From the human T2T-CHM13v2.0 reference genome, Homo sapiens, in assembly GCF_009914755.1 (NCBI RefSeq), contig NC_060946.1: 64,000 nt of DNA; one strand, written 5' to 3'. The notes under the pieces are model-generated. The model ran no database searches and was not told the origin of the DNA. It saw only the letters and a list, made by a program, of their open reading frames with translations. The position numbers and the translations under genes were made by a program. Shown here one piece after another: positions 19,730 through 34,165 of the stretch; positions within the stretch are counted from its first letter, which is position 1, and every line of letters starts with the position of its first letter.

Positions 19730-22500
19730 CATAAACACTTTTAAAAAATAATGTGCACTTTTTCTGTTTATGAAATATTTCCCTATTTCAATGTAAAAAA
19801 TATATTCTAAATTTTCTTCTAAACGTTTCAAAGTTTTGCCTTTTTACCTTTAAATCCTTAATTCATCCAGGTTAGAGACCTCATTTCATTTTTACAATAT
19901 GGATAAAAAATTATCCGAGTATTATTTATTGAGCAGTTCAGTTTTTCTCCACTATTCAAAAATGCCACTTCTGTCATTTACTGATTCCATAGTGGCCCAG
20001 GTCTGTTTTCTAGGGTTATGGTTTGTTCCATTGGTCCATGCACCTATCCTGCATCCATACCACAGTGTCATGATCAGTAAAATTTTAGTCTTGTTATTTA
20101 GAAAGGCAAACCCTCCACCTTACTCTATTTTAGGAATGTTTTGGATACTCTTGAACTTTTGATTCTTCCAGGTAAATTCTGGAATCAGTACATCAAATTC
20201 AACTCTTAAAACCCTTTTTGGATTTCGATTGTAACTGCACTGAATCAGCGGTTCTCTACTGGGAACAATTTGGCCCCCAGGGGACATTTGGCAATGTCTG
20301 CAGACTTTTTTGATTCAATACAACAGAAAGGGATGTTTGCTAATAGCATCCAGTGGGTACAGGCCAGGTATGATGCTAACTACCCTACAATGCATAGCTC
20401 CCACAACAAAGAATGATCTGTTTCAAAATATCAATAGTACCAAGGCTGAGAAACCCTCCACTAAATCTAGACAATTTGGAGAGAACTGACATGTTTACAT
20501 TATTATTTTGATAAACATGGAATATCTTTCCATTTATATAGGTCTTTAATGTATTTCAATTAAACATTATAACCTACAGTGTACAGATTTTGTACTTCTT
20601 TTGTAAGACTTATTCCTAAATCAAGATTTTTGGCTATTATAAATGGTATCTTAAAAATTATGTTTAATATTTGTTACTGATATATAGAATATAACTTGAT
20701 TTTATGTTTTGATGTTATAGCCAGCCATCTTTCTAAAACTCACTATTTTTAGTATGTCTGTAGATCTTTCGAAGTTTTCTATATGAAAATCCTATCGTTT
20801 ACAAATGATGCTCGTTTCTTCCATTTTGATACTGACATTTTTAATTTCTCTTGCTTGTTTTACTGTGATGGCTAGGACCTCCACTACAAAGCTGACGTAG
20901 CAAGGAGAACTGATGTCCTTTTCTTCCACCTTATTCTAAAAGAAATAGTCCCACATTCAAATGTATGGAAATTTTTTATTTATATTTTTTGTTAACTTCA
21001 AATTTAATGGTATTTTGGTAAGAAAACGTGTCCTCTATGAAACAGATTTTTGGAAATGTAAAGACTTCCTTTATAACACATATCATCAATTATAAAATCC
21101 ATATTAAAAAAAGTTTCATGTCCTTCACCTATCAATAAAGATGTTTTGAAATTATCTACTATGATGGTAGATATTTCAATTTATTCCTGTAGTTCTACCA
21201 ACTTTTGCTTTATATACTTTGAAGTTATTTTACTGGGTATATTCACATTTAGAAATACTACATCTTCCTGGGAAATTGAGCATCTTATTATTATCCTTAA
21301 TGCTCTTGGCTTTAAAGTCTCCTTTGCCTGTTATTAAGTAGCTACACCAGCCTTCTTTTAGTTTGTATATGCCTGACTTACCTTTTTCCATACATTGCTT
21401 TCAATCTTTATGTGAATTTATGCTTGCAGCATATATCTGGATTTCTCTTTCCCCAATCTGATAGTCTCTGCCTTTTAATAGGTGAGTTTAATCTATTACT
21501 ATTTACTGTGATTATTAATCTATCTGGGCTTATTTCTATTATTTATTTTACTTTTTAATTTCCATTTGTTCCACTTTATGCTTTTTGCCCTTTATAAAAT
21601 TTTATTTTTTTCTCATTCTACTTCTTCTTGCTACTTGTCTGGAATTTATGCACTCTATTTCTCTTCTTTTAAAGTTTATTCTTGAAAGTTTATCATGCAC
21701 GTTTACCTTTAAAAGTTTACAGTCAAAGAATATTCATTACCTTCTCTTAAAAACACAAGGACCTTTAGAACACAACTCTGGACCTGCCCACCCCCACTTA
21801 CATACCGTGGCTACCCACTATTCTAGTTGTCTTTTTCTTAACTCAAAAATTAGATTTATATATCAAATGTTTATTATACATACGTATCTATATTTATGTG
21901 TGTGTTTACCATTTATTCATTATTCTCTCTTGAATTTTCAACTATCTTTCTGGAATAATTTTCCTCTTTTTGAAGTATACCCTTTAATGCAGGTCTCATG
22001 GTTGTAAACTCTCTTCGTTTTTTTATTCATCTATAAATAACTATTTCACCCTCACCCTTAAATCATAGTCTTGCTGGTACACAATTATAGGCTGTTATTT
22101 TCCTTCAGCATTTCTAAGATACTATGTCACTGTCGTCAGGCTTCTACTGTAGAAGATGAGAAGCTTTCTGGTACAGTAATTAATTGTCATTCCTTTGTAG
22201 CAGTATCCTCCATATGGCTTAATTAATATTACTTTCATATTTTCCATTTTCTTTAGGCATATCTTCTAGCTCACTAAATACATTTTTTTAGTTCAGTAGT
22301 ATTTCTCATTTCTGCAAGTTCCCTTTTTTCAAATTCATCCATTCAGTCCTAATAATCTCTTGATAACTGGTGATGCATGCGATTATATCCTTTATTTATG
22401 TAAATACACAGCTGTTCTGTATCTGACCTTTCCAATATCTACACTCTTTGGGGGATTAAGTATGTTCTTTGCTGCTTACCTCCTCCTGTTTTGGTGATAT
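19730..22500 (-). mobile_element. Old L1M fragments (antiparallel, T-rich), with MER20 inside
   Basis: Degenerate reverse-strand ORF2 motifs, e.g. TTTGGAGAGAACTGACATGTTTAC and GGAATATCTTTCCATTTA. Confidence 0.6.
20246..20458 (+). mobile_element. MER20 (hAT-Charlie MITE)
   Basis: CAGCGGTTCTC...GGGGACATTTGGCAATGTCTG...GCTGAGAAACCCT; 8-bp TSD CACTGAAT/CACTAAAT. Confidence 0.85.
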
Positions 22501-23026
22501 TGGATTTTGAGCTCATTGCTTGTCTTAAACTGGTGAAAATCCTATTGGACTTAACTTATGAAATGAGTACACTTTCTCAATTCAGTCCCCTTGAGGGTCT
22601 GGGTTCAGCATAGTGACCCAAGGCTTTCCTTCCCAATGCTCAAGACAGCCCCCAAACTCATTCTCTGATCTACTAACAACTGCTCTTAAGCAACTCAACC
22701 CCTACAGTTACCTGCAGCTTCCCACAGGCAGAATGCCAAGTCACTCTGACTTCAGCTCACATGTACTGTTCTTATTTTATTTTACATTTTTCAAAAAGAG
22801 AAACTTAGAGACTTCCCATACTTCTTGTGAGGCCAGTAGTGTCGCAAATAGTGTGTCACTTCCAGTCTTTGGTTATTGTGCAGTAAATGGAGTTCCTAGT
22901 CTCATTGCCTGAAGGAGACCTTTAATATTTTTTACTAAAAAACAGCATATAATTCCATTTTTATAAAAATAATTTCTCTCTAGCTATCCATCTCTCTATA
23001 TGCATGTATAGATTTTTTAAAAATGC

Positions 23027-23332
23027 TGTCCAGGCATGATGGCTCACTCCTGTAATCCTAGCACTGTGGGAGGCTGAGGCGAGCAGATTGCTTAAGCCAA
23101 GGAGCTTGAGACCTTCCTGGGCAACATGGTGAAACTTTGTTTCTACCAAAAAAAAAAAACCCAAAAACCCAAATTTAGCCGGTGTGGTGGCGCATGCCTG
23201 CAGTCCCAGCTACTTGGGAGGCTGAGGTAGGAGAATCACCTGAGCCCAGGGAGGTCAAGGTGGCAGTGAACTGTGATGGTGCCACTGTACTTCAGCCTGG
23301 ACAACAGAGTGAGAGCCTGTCTCACAAAAAAG
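23027..23332 (+). mobile_element. AluJ-like
   Basis: Diverged dimeric Alu. Confidence 0.85.
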
Positions 23333-23450
23333 ATGCCTAGAATTGCAATCATCTGATATTAATGATGGTTATTTCTGAGTAATTATATAACAAGCCTATA
23401 TTGTTTTTACAAGAGTATAATGGTTTTCCGAAACAAAAATAAAAAAGAAA

Positions 23451-23807
23451 CAGTTATGCATACCCTAACAACAGGGATGCTTTCTGAGAAATGCATTGCT
23501 AGGCAATTTCATTGTTGTACAAACATCATAGAGTGTACTTACACACATTGAGATGGTAGAGCTTACTATACACCTGGGCTATATGGTATAGCCTATTGCT
23601 CCTAAGCAATGAACTTGTATAGCATATTACTGTACTGAATGTGGTAGGCAATTGTAACACAAGGACAATTGTAACACAATGGTAAGAATTTGTGTGTCTA
23701 AACATATCTAAACATAGAAAAGGTACAGTAAAAATATAATCTTATGGGACCAGTATCATACACGCAGTCCACCATTGACTGAAACATCATTATATGACAC
23801 ATGACTA
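23451..23807. mobile_element. Tigger3a-like MITE
   Basis: CAGTTATGCA...TTCTGAGAAATGCATTGCTAGGCAATTTCATTGTTGTACAAACATCATAGAGTGTACTTACAC...CACATGACT. Confidence 0.75.
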
Positions 23808-24265
23808 TTCTGAGATGTTAACAGTGGTCGGTTTAGGGTGGTACAGATACAAATTATTTTTATATATTTATTTTTAAATTTAAAAGATCAGCTGTTTGAC
23901 ATTTATCAATGCAAATGTTTTAGTTACAACCACAGTTTGTACCATTAGCCCTGCCATCTCATCTACATGTGGCAAGGCAACCAAGCATGACTCCACATCA
24001 ACTCTGTTAGTACAAAGCTCTTTGTAGGAAGTAACAACATCAACGTTGCTGTTTTTTATTATAAAAGCATGACAACTACTTTGCAGTACAGCAAGTCCTC
24101 ATTTAATGATGTCCATAGTCTCTTGGAAATTGCTACTTTAAGGGAAACAATGTATAATGAAACCAATTTTACCATAGGCTAATTAATATAAACAAGAACT
24201 AAGTTCCTACAGTGTATTTCTAGTCACAAAAATTTCACCAAACTTAAAAATAAAGACCAAAACAT

Positions 24266-24537
24266 TTGGGAGGCCGAGGCAGGCAGATCACAAGGTCAGG
24301 AGTTCGAGACCAGCCTGGCCAATATGGTGAAACCCTGTCTCTACTAAAAAAAAATACAAAAGTGAGTCGGGTGTAGTGGCAGGCACCTGTGGTCCCAGCT
24401 ACTTAGGAGGCTGAGGCAGGAGAATCACTTGAACCTGAGGGGCATTGCAGTGAGCTGCAATCGTGCCACTGCACTCTAGCCTGGGCGACAGAGTGAGACT
24501 CTGTCTCAAAACAAACAACAACAAAAAAAACCAAAAC
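24266..24537 (+). mobile_element. AluS-like, 5'-truncated
   Basis: Starts at TTTGGGAGGCCGAGG; flanked by ACCAAAACA repeats. Confidence 0.88.
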
Positions 24538-24546
24538 ACTTTTATT

Positions 24547-24851
24547 CTTCTTCTTATTATTATTTTTTGAGATAGAGTCTTGCTGTGTCACCCAGTCTGG
24601 AGTACAGTGGCGTGATCTCAGCTCACTGCAACGTCTGCCTCCCAGGTTCAAGCAATTCTCCTGCCTTAGCCTCCTGAGTAGCTAGGACTATAGGCAACTG
24701 CCATCATGCCTGGCTAATTTTTGTATTTTTACTAGAGATAGGGGTTTCACCATGTTGGCCGGGCTGGTCTTGAACTCCTGGCCTCAGGTTATCTGCCTGC
24801 CTTGGCCTCCCAAAGTGCTGGGATTGCAGGCATGAGCCACTGTGCCTGGCC
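24547..24851 (-). mobile_element. AluS-like, tail-to-tail with the previous Alu
   Basis: TSD CACTTTTATT at 24537-24546 and 24852-24861. Confidence 0.88.
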
Positions 24852-26968
24852 CACTTTTATTATTAAATGTTGAAATAAATGTGAGCTATACATACATTTA
24901 AGGAAGATTAGTAAAAATAAGTAAGATGATTCATGTGCTCCCTTCAGGGTCACAGGTGGCTGGAGCCCATCCTGGAAGCTCAGGGCACAAGGTGGGAACC
25001 ATCCCTGGACAGGGATGCTGCTTCATTGTGGGGTGCACTCACACCCACTCCACACTCACTTGGATTGGGACCATTCAGACATGCTGATTCACCCACCGTG
25101 CACATCCTTGGGAAGTGGGAGAAAAGCAGAGAACATGGAGAAAGCCCAGGCAGACAGGGGGAGAGTGTGCAAACTCCACACAGACAGGGACCTCAGCCGG
25201 GAATTGATGTTTTTCTCATCAGTTATAACAACATTGAACAAAAGGATGTTATTCAAGGACCTACTGTATAATTTTGGTTCAACAGCAATGATAGTTTTCA
25301 GGGAAATTTTTCCATGATATGGAATGCTATTACATTTGACACAGACCAGAGTAATCCTTAATACAGGTAAAGTTCTGTTGCAAAGAATGATGCTAGTGAA
25401 GAGCTCTTTATGGAAGATCAGATGACCAACACAGGTAAAGTTTTGCTGGTCTGGCTGTAAGTAGTGCCTCTGGAGATCATTTTTGTAATAACTGTTGCCT
25501 CTACAAAAATGGCCTGATGCTTAGAGCTGAGTTATAATTGTCCTTTTTGTATTGTTCTGTCTTGCCATCAAGCAGCAATGATCCTTCAGTCCATCTCTTC
25601 CTTCAAACTTCAAAAGCATCGAAACAAAAACCACCCAGGCTATCTACTAGAATTAAAACTTGGGAAAACATCCAAGAAAAGAAAAAAAAAAAGAAGTAGA
25701 AGTGGTGATGTGTATATAACACCTTCTTTAAAGTGCCTCTTTTCCCTTGCTGATTCACCATAAAGAAGGGAAGCACAGCTGTTTCAGCTCTAGGTCCTAA
25801 AGGCTGGAAATCACATTTCCTGCATTCAATTTTACATTTCACTGTAACTAAATAACTTAGAGACATCTTTAGACTCCTTCTAATGAAAATTTACCTGTAT
25901 GATATCATCACTTGCCTCCATTTTCTCTAATGCAAATGTTAGTCAATTTCAATTTCTCTCTTCTCCAGTACATCATCCACTTACCCCCATTGCCTCTCTA
26001 CAGTCTATCTTTAAACACTACTGTTTCCTCATTTCTATAACCCTAGGAGCAGGTCCTGGATGCCTGGATTGAAACAACTGTCTCTTACAAGCTTCGTTCA
26101 ATTTGTATCTCCTTCATTTCTACACAAAGCAATAAGAATTATCTTCCACAAATAGCTGTTTTCAGTAATAAGGAAGCTCAGTTCTGTGACTAAGCTAAAC
26201 ATTCCTTCTGTTCTCCAAGGCCTACAATGGTTCCTAGTTGCTACTCATATCAAACTGAGTTTATTAGCTCATTTATGAATTGCTCTGAGTACTCTCAGCT
26301 ATCTACCCCTACTGTTTTACATATTCAAATTTATATTTTTATTCCATTTAGTCAGACAACTCTGTATTACCATGCTTAATCTGTGTCTTGCTTGTATTCT
26401 TTACCATTATTGTAGAAATGATTTGTGGTCCCGAGCATTTATTCTCTCCATCTTCCTTAATAACAGAATCTCTTAACTTTCATCTGGGCACATGATATTT
26501 CTCAACCTCCTTTGTAGCTAGGAGTGTCAGTGGGACTAAGTACTAAACAATAATATGTGACTTGTTAAAAAAAAAAAAAAGAAGAAAGAAAAAAAAGGGA
26601 AGAGACATTCATATTTTCAATCTCCCTTCCTTTCTCCTGGCTAGAAGGCAGATGTGATGGCTGGAGCTCAAGCAGCAATGAATCAAAAAGTGGAAGTGGA
26701 TCATGAAGTGGAACTTAAACGCTGAGTTTGGTGGAGCAATGAGACTCAAAAATAGCCCTGAAGCCAACAGTGTAGAGAGCCATATCAGTCATAGAACACC
26801 TACAAGAGAGTATTTCAGAAGAGAGAAATAAATTTGTATGTTTAAGCTGCTAGCATTTTTGTGGCCTCTACTATCATAACTTGTGGATGCACCTCCTTCT
26901 AACTAATCTACCTATCTTTGAGTTTTAATTTGCTACTTCTCCTGTCCCATTAAGAATGTCCCCCTCGT

Positions 26969-27271
<303 letters not shown>

Positions 27272-27682
27272 AAGAATGTCCCCTCAATTTCTTATTTTTT
27301 CCCACCCCAACTCCAAACTGTCAGTTTTCTTTCTTCCTTTAAAATACAGCTTCAGATTCAAATGCCTACATGGAATTGGTTAGTATTGCCAAGTTTACTT
27401 AATCCAATTACTCTTTTTTGAACACAAACACAGACATCTGTATATCTAGGATGTACTCATATAGAAAGCAGATAAATGAAATAAAAATAACAGATTTAAA
27501 ACAAATTTACTATAGATTTTACATCCAAACATTCACTGTTCGCTTTAAATGGTACTCTTACTATAGATATACAATAATGATGCCATCATTGACTAAAGCT
27601 TTTTTAGAACATCTTTTTTGTGAAACATACTTAAAAGCACATGGTAGCAAGATCTTGTCTCGAAAAAATATTTTTTCAAGTC

Positions 27683-27870
27683 AGCTGGGTGTGGCGGTGT
27701 GTGCCTGTAGTCCCAGCTAGTTGGTAGGCTAAGCCAGGAGGATTACTTGAGTCCAGTAGTTCAAGGCTGCAGTGAGTCATTATCACACCACTGCGCTCCT
27801 GCCGGGGTGACAGAGCAAGACCCTGTCTCAAAAAAAAAAAAAAAAGAAAGAAAGAAAAGGAAAAGAAAAA
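27683..27870 (+). mobile_element. Alu right monomer (FRAM/AluJ-like)
   Basis: Single arm plus A-rich tail. Confidence 0.75.
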
Positions 27871-28137
27871 GCACACAGTACATCACAAGCTATAGCCTCC
27901 AATAGAGCAGAAATACAGTCAATTTACTTAACAGGCTTAGAACAATGTCTGGCATTATAGTGAGGAGACACTCAATATGTGTTTGTCGTATTAAAAAATA
28001 ATAAATTGTAGCAAAACTTCATTTGAAAGTGGATTCACTTTTTTAAAATAGTCAAGTCATTCATAGCTCAGTGTAGTGAATGAGACATGTCATAAAGATG
28101 GAGAATATCATTTTAGGTTTAAAAACGCAATCTGTGG

Positions 28138-28448
<311 letters not shown>

Positions 28449-28619
28449 GCAATCTGTGACTACAAAACAATAAACTAGAATTTCTTGCATGAATCATAAA
28501 ATCAGAGTTGGGTTACTTCTGTATCAATTTAGGGATTCATTTCTTAAGCTTACGATTCACCAGGCCAAGTTTGCTCCAGTTTCAGAGCATCTACCCTGCT
28601 GTTCCCTCTGCCTGATATA

Positions 28620-30904
28620 CAGGCACACCTTGAAGATACTGCGGTGGGCTGGGTTCCAGATTACTGCAATAAAGCAAATATTCCAATAAAGCCACTCACA
28701 CAAACATTTTTGTTTCCCAGTGCATATAAAAGTTATGTTTACATTAGACTGCAGTCTACTTAGTAGACTAAGTATGCAATACCATGCTGCCTAAAAAATA
28801 TATATACATAATTAAATAATACTTTATTGCTAATTTAAAAAGGCTAACAATCATCTGAGCCTTCAGCGAGTCTTCATCTTTTTGCTGGTGGAGGGTCTTG
28901 TCTCCATGTTGAGGGCTGCTGATAGATCAGGGTGGTTGCTGCTGAAGGTTGGGAAAGCTGTGGCAATTTTTTAAAGTAAGACAACAATAAAGCCTGCAAC
29001 ATCAACTGACTCTTCCTTTCACAAAAGATTTATCTGTAGCATGTGATGCTGTTTGATAGCATTTTACCCACAGTAGAACTTCTTTCAAAATTGGAGTCAA
29101 TCCTCTCTAATCCTGCCACTGGTTTATTTACTAAGTTTATGTAATATTCTGAATTCTTTGTTGGCATTGCAACAATGTTCACAGCTTCTTCACAGGAGTA
29201 GATTTCAACTCAAGAAACCATTTTCTTTGCTCATCCATAAGAAGTATCTCCTCATCTGTTCAAGTTTGATCATGAGATTGCAGCAATCCAGTCACATCTT
29301 CAGGCTCCACTTCTAATTCTAGTTCTCTTGCTATTTCCGCCACATCTGCAGTTCCTTCCTCCACTGAAGTCTTGAACCCCTCAAAGTCATCCATAAGGGT
29401 TGGAATCCACTTCTTTCAAACTCCTGTTAATGTTGAAATTTTGGCTTCCTCCCATGAATCACAAATGTTCTTAATGGCATCTAGAGTGGTGAATCTTTTC
29501 CAGAAGGTTTTTAATTTACTTTGCTCAGATCCATCAGAGGAATCACTATCTATGGAAGATATAGCTTTATGAAATGTATTTCTTCAGTAATAAGACTTGA
29601 AAGTTGAAATCACTCCTTGATCCATGGGCTGAAGAATAAACACTGTGTTTTAGCAGGCACGAAAACAATATTAATCTCCTTGTACATCTCCATCAGAGCT
29701 CTTGGGTGACCAGGTGCACTGTCAATGAGCAGTAATATTTTTAAAGAAATCTTAAGGGCACTAGGATTTTGGGAATGGTAAAGGAGCAGTTGGCTTCAAC
29801 TTAAAGTCACCAGTTGCATTAGTCCCTAACAAGAGAGTCAGCCTGTCCTTTGAAGCTTTGAAGCCAGGCATTGACTTCTCCTCTCTAGCTATGAGAGTCC
29901 TAGATGGCATCTTTTTCCAACAAAAGGCTATTTCACCCACATTGAAAATCTATTTAGTGTAGCCCCCTTCATCAATTACCTTAGCTAGATCTTCTGGATA
30001 ACTTGCTACAGCTTCTCCATCAGTACTTGCTGCTTCACTTTGTACTTGTGTGTTATGGTGACAGTTGCTTTCCTTGAACCTCATGAACCCACCTCTGCTA
30101 GCTTCAAGATTTTCTTCTGCAGTTTCCTCTTCTCTCTCAGTCTTTGCAGAATTAAAGACAGTTAGAACCTTGCTCTGGATTAGGCTTTGGCTTAAGTGAT
30201 AATGGGGCTAGTTGGATCTTCTATCCAGACCATGCAACCTTTCTCTATAACAGCAATAAAGCTGTTTCCCATTCTTATCATTCCCGTATTCATTGGAGCA
30301 GCACTTCTAATTTCCTTCCAGAACTTTTCCTTTACATTCATAACTTAGCTAACTGTTTGGCACAAGAGGCCTACCTTTCAGCCTGTTTCGGCTTTCAACA
30401 TGCCTTTCTCACTAAGTTTAACCATTTCTAGCTTTTGAATTAAAGTGAGAAACCTGCGACTCTTCCTTACACTTGAACACTTAGAGGCCATTGTAGGGTT
30501 ATTAATTGGCTTAATTTCAATATTGTTGACCCTCAGGGACTAGGGAGACCCAAGGAGAGAGAGAGAGATCGGGATCAGTGAAGCAGTCAGAACACACATG
30601 ACATCTATCAGTAAGTTCACTGGTCTTCTACAGCCATGGTTTGTGGTACCCCAAAACAATTACAACAGTAACATCTAAGATCACTGATCATAGATCACCA
30701 TGACACATATAATAATAAGGAAAAAGTTAAAAATATTGCAAGAACTACCAAAATGTGACACAGACACAAAGTATGCACATGCTATCAGAAAAATGGTGCC
30801 AATAAACTTCTTGGGTACAGGATTGCCACAAACCTTCAATTTGTAAAATATACGTTATCTGTGAAGTGTAATTAAGCAAAGTGCAATCGATCGAGGTATG
30901 CCTG
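28620..30904 (-). mobile_element. Tigger1 DNA transposon, near full length, decayed transposase
   Basis: TIRs CAGGCACACCT.../...GAGGTATGCCTG; TA TSDs at 28618-28619 and 30905-30906; 2285 bp; inserted in an L2 remnant. Confidence 0.92.
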
Positions 30905-32234
30905 TATGTGGGTTGCTCCCTCACTTCATTCAGGTCTGTTTGAAGATTCACTTCCTCCAAAAGGCCCTCTCTCATTACGTGACCTAAAATAAACCCACCC
31001 CTGTCACTCTGTTCCCTGACCCTGCTTTCCTTTTCTTTACAGGACTTGTTATTATCTGACATATTTTATGCTTGTGACAGAGACATCCCAGTCTCTACCA
31101 CTAGAATGTTAGTTCCATGATAAAAGAAAACTTATTTTACTCACTCCTATAGTTCCAAATTTCTGCTGAATATCCAAATTTTAAATAAATTCAATAATTA
31201 TGTGTTTACAATGAAAGAAGAAAGAACTGACAAAAGAAAGGAAGAAGGAAGAGTAAGAAAGGTAACATCGAAGAAGCAAAAGTGGGGAAGAAACTCTGGA
31301 TGAGTCATAATTGGTTATTCTTCTCTGTTACTCTGTTTTTAGCATCAGTTTGATTTAAAGGCTCCCATGAGAAAATTTCAGAATGAGTGGCTGTCTCTTT
31401 CGGAGATTTATTTCAAAAGAATCAGATCCCCTAAAGATCCCACCACTTTTAGAAGCCGGTAGGTAGTATTTGCTACTATAATTACAATGGCTACCCTCTT
31501 ATAATGTCTCTCTCCAATCCCAAGTGTGGATGTTCACTCTATGTCTCACTGGGTGAACGTTTGAAACTCTTGATTAAGACAGAAAAGTACCTGAATGATT
31601 TTTAGCAAGCTTAACTTGTGTTGGTATTACTAGTAACATTGTTACATTTTTGCACTTAACTGACAGTTGGAATTATCTATTTGTACTGAATACAAAGGGA
31701 CAGTTCTCTAAGTCACATTTCACTAATGTTTTTGCTTCCTCAAGCTGTCCATTTCTCATACACAACTTATCAACAGGGTTTCTACTGGAGAAGTTAGAGC
31801 AAAATGACATTTTTTAAAGTTTTAGCAAATTTGGTAGAAAAGATGATAGCATTTTTCTACTCATGTCTATTATAACATTATAAATAAATCCCTCTGTTAT
31901 AAAAGTTCAGTAGTCCATATTTAAAGTTTTAAGCAAAGGAAAGGGTAAAAGGTATTGTCCTAGAATAATTTTAGAGCACTTTTAGGATTCTGAAGCATAC
32001 TTTAGAAAATTTCAATTACTTGATTTATGTTACAGGATCAAAGAGACCTCATACGCACATAACTAGACACCTAGTCTTAGAAAACTGTACTCCTTCACTT
32101 TCCAGTTAAGGATAAAAAACTTAAAATTGAATCACGATGCCAAATAGGGTAGTCACTAGTTTAATACCTTAAAAGCTCAAAAACATTTTATTTGAATCAA
32201 AGATAACTGCATTCAGAAAACAGTCATAAAACTG

Positions 32235-32555
32235 GGCTGGGCACAGTGGCTCACGCCTATAATCCCAGCACTTTCGGAGGCCAAGGCAGGAGGATCACTT
32301 GAGGTCATGAGTTCGAGACCAGCCTGGGCAACATGCTGAAACCCTGTCTCTACTAAAAATACAAAAATTAGCTGGGCATGGTGATGGGTGCCTGTAATCC
32401 CAGCTACTCAGGAGGCTGAGTCAGGAGAATTGCTTGAACCCAGGAGACAGAGGTTGCAGTGAGCTGAGATAGTGCCACTACACTCCAGCCTAGGAGACAG
32501 AGCAAGATTCCGTCTCAAAAATAAATAAATAAATAAATAAAGCAAACAAATAAAC
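32235..32555 (+). mobile_element. Alu on the donor side of the 243-nt exon
   Basis: Dimeric Alu; (AAAT)n tail; flanking GTCATAAAA repeats. Confidence 0.9.
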
Positions 32556-32741
32556 TTTAAAAAGGTCATAAAATCTTCTATTGAATATTCTTCGTTGTTG
32601 TTTTCTATAGTATGAAGCCTAATATGGTAATAGTAATACTAAATAATATTAATAATTTAGTACTAAAACATAATATTTTATATTTTTAAATCATTTTTAA
32701 TGATACCTGTTGCATTTTAGGCCAATGTTCATTATACGTAC

Positions 32742-32984
32742 TTTTATTATGTAACCTTCCAAACTTAGGAAGCTTATACTTCTTCTCTGAAGCAGAAATA
32801 TCCGGTGTGGGGGCAGAAGTGCACGCTGTCAGTGAGTTACTTGAACCAAGTTGTCTTTTAGAAAACAATATAGAGTGGGAGGTACGCTGTCTAGTCCGAC
32901 ATGCCACTTCCCTCTCTTTACACAGCAATGGTTCATCCATCAGCAATGTGATGACTTGCTTAGATTTTTCCCGGATATAATAAC
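32742..32984 (-). CDS. ENTHD1: ENTHD1 second coding exon (243 nt, phase 1-1)
   Basis: Acceptor TATTTTTCAG|GT completes G+GT=Gly, giving GKDQ-G-YYIREKSKQVITLLMDE, homologous to epsin GKDQGVNVREKAKQLVALL. Donor AAAA|GTACGT at 32741-32740. Confidence 0.93.
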
Positions 32985-33244
32985 CTGAAAAATACATTGA
33001 CTCTGCTTAGAAAAGGAAATACTAGTTAAGGCTATAATTAATTTTTTTTCTACAGAAATTTTTTTAAAAATAAAAATCTCAGCAGTGAAAAAACCTGCAG
33101 CAAATAAAGAACTACTGATAAGTATATTCCTTTTCTTATACTTTAAAAGGTAAATAAGTCATTAATATATGATAAAATTATATACTGGCATTACATTTTT
33201 CACTTTAAATACATTATTGGATTTTCCTTTTAAAAGCAATATAT

Positions 33245-33625
<381 letters not shown>

Positions 33626-33762
33626 CTAGATGTATGACCAGGACACATGGTTAAAGATTTAGAGTAACATACACAATAGGATTTGAAGCTGTAACATATA
33701 GAGGAAAAGAAATCACCATATATGTACACGGAAGAGAGAAGCAGATAAAGAAATACATACAA

Positions 33763-34165
33763 CTGTGGTTTGAATGTATCCCCTCCAAAATTCAAGTACT
33801 GCCAATGTGATAGCATTAAGAGGTGGAGCCTTTAAGAGGTGATTATGCCATGAGGTCACCTCCTTTGTGAACAGACTAAAGGTCCTTATAAAAGAGGCTT
33901 CCCACAGCATTTGTCTCTTGCTTGCCTTCCACCATCGCCTTTCGGACCTTCTGTCACATGAGGACACAGCATTCCTCCCTTCCAGAGGATGCAGCATCAA
34001 GGCGCCATCTTGGAAGCAGACAGCAGCCCTCACTAGACAACTGAACCTGCCAGTGCCCTGAACCTGGACTCTCCAGCCTCCAGAACCATGAGAAAATAAA
34101 TTTCTCTTCTTTCTAAATTACCCAGTCTGTGATACTCTGTTATAGCAGCACAAGCAGACTAAGAC
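33763..34165 (+). mobile_element. MaLR solo LTR (MSTD/MLT1A-like)
   Basis: TGTGGTTTGAATGTATCCCCTCCAAAATTCA...CCAGCCTCCAGAACCATGAG...TATAGCAGCACAAGCAGACTAAGACA. Confidence 0.8.

Larger units (their letters stand above)
24089..25266 (-). mobile_element. MER6-family Tigger-type element containing two Alus
   Basis: TIRs CAGCAAGTCCTC / AAGGACCTACTG with TA flanks; diagnostic GTGCAAACTCCACACAGACAG. Confidence 0.75.

Noticed and set aside
29372-30700. Tigger1 as a domesticated transposase
   Set aside because: No long minus-strand ORF; the element is shorter than full length and decayed.
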